Below are positions 1 through 10,272 of a stretch of 64,000 nt of DNA, one piece after another (position 1 is the stretch's first letter; every line of letters starts with the position of its first letter). A program made the translations under genes and the position numbers. This DNA comes from Rhina ancylostomus. Taxonomy: Eukaryota. The notes beneath the pieces were generated by a model, which made no database searches, was not told where the DNA came from, and saw only the letters and a list, made by a program, of their open reading frames with translations. The stretch spans positions 39,219,376 to 39,283,375 of the forward strand of contig JARFYF010000007.1 of NCBI GenBank assembly GCA_030265395.1, written 5' to 3'.

Positions 1-291
1 CAAGGCAGCAGGATTGAAATGAACACAAAAAGCACTCCCAGTAATGGCGCTGTGCCTGTGTTGAAGCTTGATCTGTTTACTCTACCTTAGCACTGCACCA
101 GCCCCTCACACAAAGACCTTCTCAGATCAATTCAGCCAAATGCACCTGCAGGTTTGCTGAAATGTGGCTGTTGGCACATGGAGTCAGATTTTCTGTTGTG
201 CAGCCTCACATTTCTGAGATCCCTCCTTTCCTTCATCAGGAATAAAATAGATGAAGGAACAGCAGTACATTCCTATTGACAGCTCCTTAGA

Positions 292-346
292 CCATAGGAC
301 AAGATCATAACATATAGGAGCAAAGTTAGGCCATTCAGCCCATTGT
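292..346 (-). mobile_element. CR1/HER1-type LINE 3' tail fragment
   Basis: cataacatataggagcaaagttaggccattcagcccat is the reverse complement of the typical elasmobranch CR1 3' end. Confidence 0.6.
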
Positions 347-1093
347 GTCTGAGGTAAGCTTCGAGGTAAGATATAATTAAAGCCTACGATCAACTAGATG
401 TCAACAAAATGAAGGAAAATACTTAACAATATCTCTTATAACTCGTTGCTTGCCTTGCAGTATTCCTTTTAATTTTCACTTTTATATTCAACGGCTGTTG
501 TAGAACTTTATATACCTGTTGTACACATGCATTTTATGATATGTCAGACAGTAGAATTATCTACCTGATGCCGTCTCCACAATACATTAAAATGAGTGAG
601 ATGTTTCCTGCACCCTTCAGAATCCCCATAAGAAAAGTGTGATGGGTAAGGTTATGTCTAAACAGACCTTAATAGGCCTGGCCATCAGTGCTGAGTGTGC
701 TATATGTGCCACTCTGTCCCATGCTTATTTTCTCTGTCTCACTCCCGCTCTCATATACTGACTCTCTCTGCTCTGGATGCACAATCAGGAAAGCAGAGAA
801 GGAGACAGAAAGTGTNNNNNNNNNNNNNNNNNNNNNNNNNNNNNNNNNNNNNNNNNNNNNNNNNNNNNNNNNNNNNNNNNNNNNNNNNNNNNNNNNNNNN
901 NNNNNNNNNNNNNNNCAGAAAGTGTCGGTGACTGTACAAGCAGACAGCATGTGAAAAGATTGGTGCCCACAGACCCTGGTCAGGGATCAGTAACCAGCAG
1001 AGAATGGGAAAACGGTGGGCTTGGAGGACTTGGTGGCCTGCATGAGAGTCAGCAGGCTGGTGGGATCTGGTATTGGGATTGAACTGGATGATA

Positions 1094-1449
1094 GGGGCCA
1101 CAGAAGAGCAGGTAGTAGAGTTGCTGCCTTACAGCTCCAGTGACCTATGTTCAATCCTGACCTCGAGTGCTACCTATGTGGATTGTGCATGTTCTGCCTG
1201 TGACTGCAAAGGTTTCCTCTGGGGGCTCTGGTTAACTCCCACATCCCAAAGATGTACAGATTGGGAGGTTAATTGGCCAGTGCAAACAGCCTCTAGTATG
1301 TAGGTGAGTAGTAGAATCTGGGTGAAGTTGATGGGACTGTGTGGAGATAAAAAAAAATGTGGGATTAATGTAGGATTAATGTAAATGGGTGCTTGAAGTC
1401 AGCATAGACTCAGCAGGTCGAAGGGCCTTTTTCCCTGCTTTATGCCTCT
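1094..1449 (+). mobile_element. tRNA-derived V-SINE (HE1-like)
   Basis: tRNA-like head (gttcaatcc B-box), V-domain ggtttcctctgggggctctggttaactcccacatcccaaagatg, and CR1-like tail ggtcgaagggccttttccctgctttatg. Confidence 0.85.
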
Positions 1450-1905
1450 TGGTCTTCTCCAGCTGAACTGGCATGAGGGGAAGCAAGACTGCCTCAGTTT
1501 CCAAGCCCTGCTCACTCCCTGGTAACAACACCTGATGGCTGGGGAAGGGCTGCAGCTGTTCTCAATAGGAGCCATGACACAAGAAGCTATAAAATGTCTG
1601 CAATGAGTATAAAAAGTATTTATGTTGTTTTAAGCAGATAGTCCCCCAAAAACAAATATGCCTGTTCACTTTTACAAATTACTGTAATTAAGAGAAAATC
1701 AATATAATTTCCCACAATTTGATCAGTCTTGTTTACAACACAACCACAATTTTGTGCAGTCCATTCGATAATTGCCTTAGTGCTGGCCAAGTCATAGCAA
1801 GAATTCTCAATCCATATTTTGGCATGGAAAAGAATTTCAGAGCAATGTAGTTTTCACTTTTTATCAGTTTGATTTTGTGCAGCTTTGTCCACCTCACATG
1901 GTTTA

Positions 1906-2222
1906 TAGAAGAATAGAATAATACAGCACAATACAGGCCCTTCGGCCCACCGTGTTGTGCCGCCCATCAAACCACACCTCACACTATCTNNNNNNNNNNN
2001 NNNNNNNNNNNNNNNNNNNNNNNNNNNNNNNNNNNNNNNNNNNNNNNNNNNNNNNNNNNNNNNNNNNNNNNNNNNNNNNNNNNNNNNNNATTTTAAATCC
2101 ATGCCCTCTTGTCTTGAGCTTTCCAGAAAAAAAGTTTAGCTTGAAATAATGCTCCAGATACATGTTGTCTGTCATTTTTATTGTTGTAAGTGGTTGTATG
2201 AGATCACCTCTCCATCACCTCC
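1906..2222 (-). mobile_element. CR1/HER1 LINE 3' fragment spanning a 100-N gap
   Basis: acagcacaatacaggcccttcggcccacc tail. Minus-strand translation ...KTRGHGFK matches the CR1 ORF2 C-terminus. Confidence 0.75.
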
Positions 2223-3269
2223 TTAAAGCCATCCATTCACTTCCTGGTTTGAATCTTTATCATTGTGGAACAAATATCTTCCTCCATCTGCCCCCAGAGC
2301 AATAAGCAATAAAGCTGAATGTTGGATATGGTTATATCCTCAAGTATTTTGACAATTTGGTCAGAAATATCACTGATTTTTCTAATTAACATGCAACTGA
2401 TGTTCACTGTTTTATTTACCAAAAGGATACATGGAGCTGTCCCTGCCTCAGTGAAATAAATTACCATTCTTTTCAATTAGACCTTCTCTGAATCTGAAAA
2501 GCAATTTTTCCAACTTATTGTCCTTGAAATCAGAAGACATTCAAAACAACAAATACTCTTGACTGGGCTGCTTGTTTACTTTCATCTAATCTATCAGAGA
2601 CGAATGCATCAAACGTTTCAACACCTTTAATAACATTTTCACAAAAGCGTCGCACAGGTTGTGTCTCAAAAGGATGTGGTGGCACTGAAGGAAGGGCGAA
2701 CAAGATCACTTCCCAAAAGATGCAGCACAAAGGAGAAAAGGGAAGGCTGTGGTGAGACCTGATGGAGGAGTTTAAAATTATAAAGGNNNNNNNNNNNNNN
2801 NNNNNNNNNNNNNNNNNNNNNNNNNNNNNNNNNNNNNNNNNNNNNNNNNNNNNNNNNNNNNNNNNNNNNNNNNNNNNNNNNNNNNNATAAAGGGATTTTG
2901 ATAGGCCACATGCAAGGAAATTCAATTATTAGTTCATGCAGTTTAAATATTGTGTGATTGATTTAAAAACCAATTTCATTCATGAAATGCAAATAGTGCC
3001 CAAAGCGCAGAATGATACTTCAGTCAGGGTGTTTCTGTGTGCACAAAGTACATAAAGAAGCACCAAGAACATGTACATTGATGTTAATCCCCAAGCAGTG
3101 CTTAATTGGAGGCTCCCTTGTGAAACTGAATTAGTCATTCACTCCTTTTGCTGAATAAGCAATTAACACTCAGCATGGACCGAGCAATGGGTCTTTGGAG
3201 CAGGATATGCCCAGAATCTGAACTATTTAAATGAATCATCACTCACTACCAGTTTTGTGTGGTTACCAC

Positions 3270-3447
3270 ACAGAGCAGTTGAGGTGAATAGCATGGATGT
3301 ATTTTAGAGGAAGCTGAACAATTGTGGAATAAAGAGAAGCAGCATGTGCTGATGCGGTTAGACGAAATATGGTGGAAGGAGGATGGGTGAGGAGCATAAA
3401 TGCTGCCAAGAGCCAGTTGAATCAATCATCTGTTTCTATACCATAAG
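3270..3447 (+). mobile_element. Old CR1 LINE 3' end fragment
   Basis: gcagttgaggtgaatagcatggatgtattttagaggaagctg ... ctgtttctata resembles the CR1 ORF2 end and 3' UTR. Confidence 0.55.
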
Positions 3448-4399
3448 TTGTATGTAGTTCTATTCAAAACTTCCCAGTATTCTCTGAACCCTGAATTAGT
3501 TGTTCTCAGTTCGAATGCAATTTTCTACAAGACTCCTGTGAGTGAACTAGGATCTGATTATCGACTGACAACTGCTCTTTTGGAATTGAGGACATGTGCA
3601 GGAACTTTACTTCTTGTGGCTGATATTTTGCCCCGACTGACACAAAAGCTAAATTAAACTATGGCATTATTCATTGGCCTTATATTTTGAGCCACCTTTG
3701 TAAGAGCTGATGAAACTCACAATGCTAAAATTGAGATTAGCTTTATTTAGAGCCACTGCTGATTCTGCCAATGTCGACAAAGTGTTCTGTCAACAGTGAT
3801 GTGTTAACCTTCTTATGGATTTAATGGAGTTCAGTACAACAGCATTAAAATGCAGCCATGGTTGGAATATAACAAATAAAAACAGAGGTTTAAATGAAAA
3901 ATCATCTTGAATTCAGAGATCAAATAATGACAAAATTTAGCTCATGGAAACAAAATTGCAATATTCCAACTTCAACATTTCCATTTGTCATACATTATGT
4001 TCTAATTTCTACAATAGATTCTAATAACTTCTTTCCACCATCTCAATTAAAGATGTAGTTTCCCTGTCAATTGAAAGTTACTATTCACAACTAAGATAAA
4101 TTTCTGCAGCTGAAAACTCTGATTATAAGCAGTATCTCAGTTTGCACAATTTTTCTTAATCACAGAGAGGATGCTGGATTATGACATGCCATGCAAATAT
4201 TTCCCCTTTCCTCAGAGATTACAAGGATATGACAATGAAATAGTTACAGTAGTAGACTGAAATAATGCAGTCAGAAACTCAAACTTCATTAAAAATAAGT
4301 CAGCATATACTGAAATAGTGGATTAGCATCAGAAAGATGATCCTGAAAGGCTTCTGGATTGTCCCAACAGTTCAATTGGCTCACCATTGCTCAGCAGCC

Positions 4400-5570
4400 C
4401 AGGGAACATACAATGAATCTCACCATTCTGAAAGAGTGCACTTGGTGGGCTTTTGCCTTGAACTGCTGTAGCCATTATGTGAAGGCACACCAACAATGTG
4501 GGTTATTTCACGATTTTGATCCAGCACTGATAAAGCAACAGTGATATATGTTCAGATGGTGTGTGACTGTGATTTTGTGATCTTGCTGCTCTTGTTCATT
4601 TTATGGTTATGGTCAGGGAACATAATGTTGTCTTAGTAACCTTGGCAATTTGCTATGTACATCATAGCTATTGTAGCCACGTTGTGCTAATAGTGGAGTG
4701 GGTGTTTTTTCAGCCCAGTGCAGAGACACTAATCAAGTGAAGCACGTTGTCAGGGATGTTGCAGCTACACTCAGTTAGGTAAGTGGTGAGTATTTATTCG
4801 TATTCTTGACATGTGTTGTAAATTGTGACGAGGACTTTAAAGCTGGGAATTAAGTCACTCGTCAAGAATCGTCATTCCCTGCCTTACACTGGTAAACATG
4901 ACATTAATTTGGCTGGATTCACCAAATTTCACGTAAATAAAATAACCATGTAATGTTCATAGTGGGTGGCTTAATACGATGGGGATTGACGTCACCAATT
5001 TTAGTGCTCCAGTATGTACATCACATACATGGACGCACCCACTGAAATGTCATCCTACGCTCTCAGCATTACGTACTTCATATGTATTTCATATGTGAAT
5101 TTGAGTTACAAATCAAGTGTACAATGTGACTGTAGTCGACAGGAAATAGCTTGGTTTTTATTTCGTTGGAAATGATTATTTTCTGGGTGGCATTTTTGTG
5201 GGATGTGTATTACCTGCCACTTTTTATCTTGAAGCTGGATGCTTGCCAGGCCTCAATGTATGGCAGTGTTACTGGAGCTTGAGAGTGGATTGGGACATTG
5301 TGGAATCATTGNNNNNNNNNNTGTTTTTAACTTTATAAAGTAGCTGAAGATAAATGGATGCAGCCAGTTGACCTAATCTGAATTCACTCCTGCTGGGTTC
5401 CTCAATGCTATGGTTGCTTCAGTGTTACTTTGATCTTGGGGTTGGTTGTAGCCATGGTCAGGCCTTGTCTGCATAAAGACATGATGAGATGCAAACAGTC
5501 TTTTGATAATGTTAATAAACAAGTTATTGTGAGAAACTGCCATTGGCTAGCAACTTTAAGCAGAGAACTT
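4400..5570 (-). mobile_element. Old, diverged CR1/L2-group LINE (3' part of ORF2), antisense on + strand, with an unrelated ~150 bp insert near 4985-5130
   Basis: Collinear motifs cttgaactgctgtagcc...gtgaagg, atcaagtgaagc, gttgcagctacactc...ggtaagtggtgagtatt, cttgacatgtg recur at 20930-21060, 26130-26220 and 51935-52060. Confidence 0.6.
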
Positions 5571-6271
5571 TCAACAGTGAGGGGTACTGCTGGTGTTGCA
5601 ACTGTATTTATCTAAATCTCAATCAGGCTTGCTGATGCTTGGAGTGAGGCCCATGAAGAGAGCAGATGGTCAAGTTAGATTTTTCTTTGTCTCGGTAGAT
5701 AGAATATTTTGCTAGGATATGGTTGTATTGTAACTGTATTGTAAAAGCTTGTTGAGGGAAGGAAACAGTTCTGATACTAAAATCACAAATGTATTTATAA
5801 GGAGCCTTTTTGACCTCGCTACACATGATGTGCAAAGAAACACTTTCCACAATTATTTGTAATGCTGAACATGCACTTAGAAGACAGTGTTTTTCCAAAC
5901 ACATCTGTTAGTAAAACTCAATGTCAAATGGTTCACTTGAAAAGGGTTTCCAGGTTAGCTCAATTGTTTCCAAAGCTCAAGTACAGAATACATCCCACCC
6001 AAAACTTTTTTTGGCAATTTGCTCAATATGTCATTAATTCAGTAAGCAACATTTTTCAGGGCCTATTTCTTCATGCATTTTAATATATGTTTTGATGGAT
6101 CGGGGTTACATAAAAGCCCCAACTATTTCAGGTGGCCAGGCCTTCAATAACTCTCAGTGGGGCTCCACAATGGCACAATGTTTTCCTTTAATAATCAACA
6201 AAGAAAATTTCTGCAACAGAGGGAGAGTAATAAGGGAAGTATTTTCTTTCCTGAAGTTAGCAGGATCTGAG

Positions 6272-7170
6272 CACCCAGGCCTAGCACTGGGTGGGATCCA
6301 ATCACCCAGGCCCAGTCTCAGATGGGACTCAAGCACCCTGACCTGGCATTTGGCAGGACCCTTGTGCCTAGGACTGGCATCCATTATGACTAAAGTACCC
6401 AGGTCTTGCCTCAGGTGAGATCCAAGCACTTAGACCCAGCATCCGACTGGATCCATACAACCAGGCCCATCATCGGGTGGTGAAGAAGGTGTTTGGCACG
6501 TTGGCCTTCATCAGTGAGAGCATTCAGTACTAGAGTTGGTAAGATCTGTAGTAGTTATAAGTAATTGGTCAGGCAACACTGAGAATAATGTGTGCAGTTC
6601 TGGTCACCCTGTTATAGGAAAGATGTTATTAAACAAGAAAGAGTGCAGAAAAAAAATTACCAGGATGTTGCCTGGACTTGGGGGCCTGAGTTACAAGGAG
6701 AGGTTGCATAGATTAGGACTTTATTCCCTGGAATTTAGAAGATTGAGAGGTGACCTGAAAGAGGTATACAAGGTCATGAGGGGCATAGACAAAGCACATA
6801 GTTTTCTTTCCCAGGGAGGGGTGCTAAAAACAAGAGGGCACAGGTTTAAGATCAGAGGTGAGAGATTTAAAAGGGACATCAGGGGCAGCTTCTTCACCAG
6901 AAAGAGTCGATGAATGGACACATTAGCAACATTCAAAAAGCCATCTAGATAAGTACATAGATAAGGGAAGTTCAGAGGACAATGCGCCATGCATGGGCAG
7001 ACGGGCAACACAGCTGGATGGACGAGTTGGGCCAAAGGGCCTGTTTCCATGCTGTATGACTCCATGGGAAAGGGCCCAAGCACTGAGGCTCATAATTGGA
7101 CTGGATGCAAGCTCCCAGGACAGGCACTGAATGGGCCCCAGGAGCCAGGCCGATACTGAAGGGTTCTGAA
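6272..7170. repeat. Diverged 31-bp tandem array (about 10 units) interrupted by a CR1 insertion
   Basis: Units start at 6272, 6303, 6334, 6365, 6396, 6427, 6458 and again at 7081, 7112, 7143. Consensus is approximately cacccaggcc(c/t)agcatn(n)gg(t/c)gggatccaag. Confidence 0.8.
6475..7066 (+). mobile_element. 5'-truncated CR1/HER1 LINE (ORF2 C-terminus plus 3' tail)
   Basis: Translation TRMLPGLGGLSYKERLHRLGLYSLEFRRLRGDLKEVYKVMRGID...KTRGHRFKI, ending in gggccaaagggcctgtttccatgctgtatgactccatg. Confidence 0.92.
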
Positions 7171-7274
7171 TCCTCACGAGTTCTTGGCTGCAACTTCCAT
7201 AGTTCCCCTCTGAGTAATTAGGGTAATCTGAATGATGACATCACTCCAACATCACTGGTGTTGGGTACGTAAAT

Positions 7275-8170
7275 TTGTCAAGGCACTTGGCAAGGTGTTG
7301 CAGAGGAAGCTGGCACATAAATTAAGAGCCCAAGGTACTGGAGGAAACTTGTTAGCTTGGATTGAAAACTGGCTGTCACATAGAAAACAAAACGTTGGAA
7401 TAAATGAGTCCTTTTTATTGGAAGGATTAGAGTACCCCAGAGATCAGTTCTTAACCCTCAATTGTTTGCTATTTACATGAATGACCTGGAGGAAGGAACA
7501 AAAGAAAAGGTTTCTAAGTTTGCCGATGATATGAAAATAGTCAAAAGGGTATATTATGATGCAGATATTGTGATTCTGCAATGGCATATTGATAGATTGA
7601 GTGAGTGGGTGAAAACCTTGCTAATGATGTTTAATGTGGGGAAGTGTGAGGTTATGCTCATTGGTACGAATCAACTGCAGATTATTATCTCAATGGAGAG
7701 ACCACAAATGAGTGAAGTTCACAGGAATCGAGGTGTTCTAGTGCGTGAATAACAAAAAGTTAGCAGGCAGACAGCACGTAGGCCTTTATTGCAAAAAGGT
7801 TAGAGTTTAAGTACAGTTCTGCAGGTTGTGAAGCCACAGCTGGAATATTGTGCACAGTTTTGGTCCCTTTACCTACAGATGGATATTGGAGGATTGGATG
7901 CAGTCCAATTGAGACTCACCAGGCCAATTCCTGGGATGAGAGGGTTGTCCTATCAAGAGAGACTGCACAGTTTGGGTCAGTATTCCCTGAAGATTAGAAG
8001 AATGAGCAGTGACCTCAGTCAAACATTAAAGATCCTAAGAGAGCTAAACAGAGTAGATGTTGAGATGTTTTCACTAGCAGGAGAGTTACAAACAAGGAGG
8101 CATGGGTTACAAAATAAGGGGCTGGTCTTTTAAAACTAAAGTGCATGGAAACTTTTTCTCTCAGAGGGTA
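7275..8170 (+). mobile_element. CR1 LINE reverse transcriptase fragment (frameshifted)
   Basis: GNLLAWIENWL, LFAIYMNDL...SKFADD, FNVGKCEV, PQLEYCAQFWS, GLSYQERL in successive frames. Confidence 0.92.
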
Positions 8171-9049
8171 NNNNNNNNNNNNNNNNNNNNNNNNNNNNNN
8201 NNNNNNNNNNNNNNNNNNNNNNNNNNNNNNNNNNNNNNNNNNNNNNNNNNNNNNNNNNNNNNNNNNNNNNNNNNNNNNNNNNNNNNNNNNNNNNNNNNNN
8301 NNNNNNNNNNNNNNNNNNNNNNNNNNNNNNNNNNNNNNNNNNNNNNNNNNNNNNNNNNNNNNNNNNNNNNNNNNNNNNNNNNNNNNNNNNNNNNNNNNNN
8401 NNNNNNNNNNNNNNNNNNNNNNNNNNNNNNNNNNNNNNNNNNNNNNNNNNNNNNNNNNNNNNNNNNNNNNNNNNNNNNNNNNNNNNNNNNNNNNNNNNNN
8501 NNNNNNNNNNNNNNNNNNNNNNNNNNNNNNNNNNNNNNNNNNNNNNNNNNNNNNNNNNNNNNNNNNNNNNNNNNNNNNNNNNNNNNNNNNNNNNNNNNNN
8601 NNNNNNNNNNNNNNNNNNNNNNNNNNNNNNNNNNNNNNNNNNNNNNNNNNNNNNNNNNNNNNNNNNNNNNNNNNNNNNNNNNNNNNNNNNNNNNNNNNNN
8701 NNNNNNNNNNNNNNNNNNNNNNNNNNNNNNNNNNNNNNNNNNNNNNNNNNNNNNNNNNNNNNNNNNNNNNNNNNNNNNNNNNNNNNNNNNNNNNNNNNNN
8801 NNNNNNNNNNNNNNNNNNNNNNNNNNNNNNNNNNNNNNNNNNNNNNNNNNNNNNNNNNNNNNNNNNNNNNNNNNNNNNNNNNNNNNNNNNNNNNNNNNNN
8901 NNNNNNNNNNNNNNNNNNNNNNNNNNNNNNNNNNNNNNNNNNNNNNNNNNNNNNNNNNNNNNNNNNNNNNNNNNNNNNNNNNNNNNNNNNNNNNNNNNNN
9001 NNNNNNNNNNNNNNNNNNNNNNNNNNNNNNNNNNNNNNNNNNNNNNNNN

Positions 9050-10272
9050 CCCCCTCTCACCTTAAAATTATGTTCTCTAGTTTTAGACACTCCAATCATG
9101 GGAAACAGTCACTGGCCATCTACCCTCTCTATGTCTTTCATAATTTTATGTACCTCTATTACATCACCTCCCAGTTTCCTTTGCTCGAGGGAAAACGGAC
9201 CTAGCCTGTCTTGTCTTTCCTTATACCCAAGCTCTCTAATCCAGGCAACATCCTTGTTGTCCTTTTCTGCACCACCTCCAGTTTAATAATATCTTTCCTG
9301 TAGTGTGGTGACCAAAACTGCACACAATACTCAAGTGCGGATTGACCAAACATTTTGTACAACTGTAATTGACATCCCATTCCTGTACTCAGTGCCTTGG
9401 CTGATCAAGGCAAGCTTGCCACATGCCTTCTTCATCAAACCATCTACCTGTGTAGCCACTTTCAGGGAACTATGTCATTGTATCCCAAGGTCTTTCTGTT
9501 CAACAACATTCCCCAGGGCCCTGCCATTCACTGTGTACGTCCTGCCCTGGTTTAACGTCCCAAAATACATCACTTTGCACTTGTCCAAGTTAAATTCCAC
9601 TTGCCATTCCCTTGCCCACTTTTCTAGTTGTTCTAGATTGTGTCCTAGCCTTAGCATTCTCCACTGTCCACCACACCAGCAGTTTTGTTGTCATCTGCAA
9701 ACTTGTAAATCATGCCACCTAAATTCTCATCCAAGTCATTAATATATACGACAAACAACAGAAGACCCAACACCAGTCCTTGCGGCACACCACGGGTCAC
9801 AGGCCTCCAATCTGAGAAACAACCCCCCACTAGCACCAAGCCAATTTTGTATCCAAGTGGCTAGCTCAACCTGGATCCCACTTTCCTGACCAGCCTACCA
9901 TGCGGGATCTTGTCAAAGACCTTGCTGGAGTCCATGTAGAGAATGTCTACCATCTTGCACTCATCATTCTTCTTCATGACCTCTTCAAATTACTCTCAAA
10001 TTCATGAGACATGATATCCCACTCACAAAGCCATGGATTTCTGGTCAGTCCTTGCTGTTCCAAATGCAGATAAATTCTGTCGCTCAGAATCCCTTCCAAT
10101 AACTTCCCCACCACTGATGTAAGGCTCACCAGCCAGTTGTTCCCTGGCTTATCCCTGCTTAAATAAAGGCACAACATCAGCTATCCTCCAGTCTTCCAAT
10201 ACCTCACCTGTAGCTAATGAAGATACAAAAATCTATGTCAGTGCTCCAGCAATTTCTTCTCTTGCTTCTCAT
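9050..10272 (-). mobile_element. CR1 LINE reverse transcriptase fragment (frameshifted)
   Basis: Minus-strand DKPGNNWLVSLTSVVGKLLE, GVPQGLVLGLLLFVVYINDL...KFADDNK, WQVEFNLDKCKV. Confidence 0.92.

Noticed and set aside
95-118. Minus-strand frame reading GLCVRGWC, resembling TENM4 EGF4 'GVCVRGEC'
   Set aside because: Flanked by in-frame stops (TGA two codons upstream, TAA a few codons downstream), lacks the other cysteines; chance match.
1094-1175. tRNA gene candidates (also at 31868 and 59170-59248)
   Set aside because: These are the tRNA-derived heads of V-SINEs, continuing into the V-domain; no complete cloverleaf.
6272-7170. 31-bp periodic array as a CRISPR-like system
   Set aside because: Units are contiguous with divergence spread throughout, there is no repeat-spacer alternation and no cas genes, and the context is a vertebrate intron.
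8102-9286. Long ORFs (300-394 aa) in the ORF track, and others spanning gaps
   Set aside because: They are runs of N translated as X between repeat fragments.
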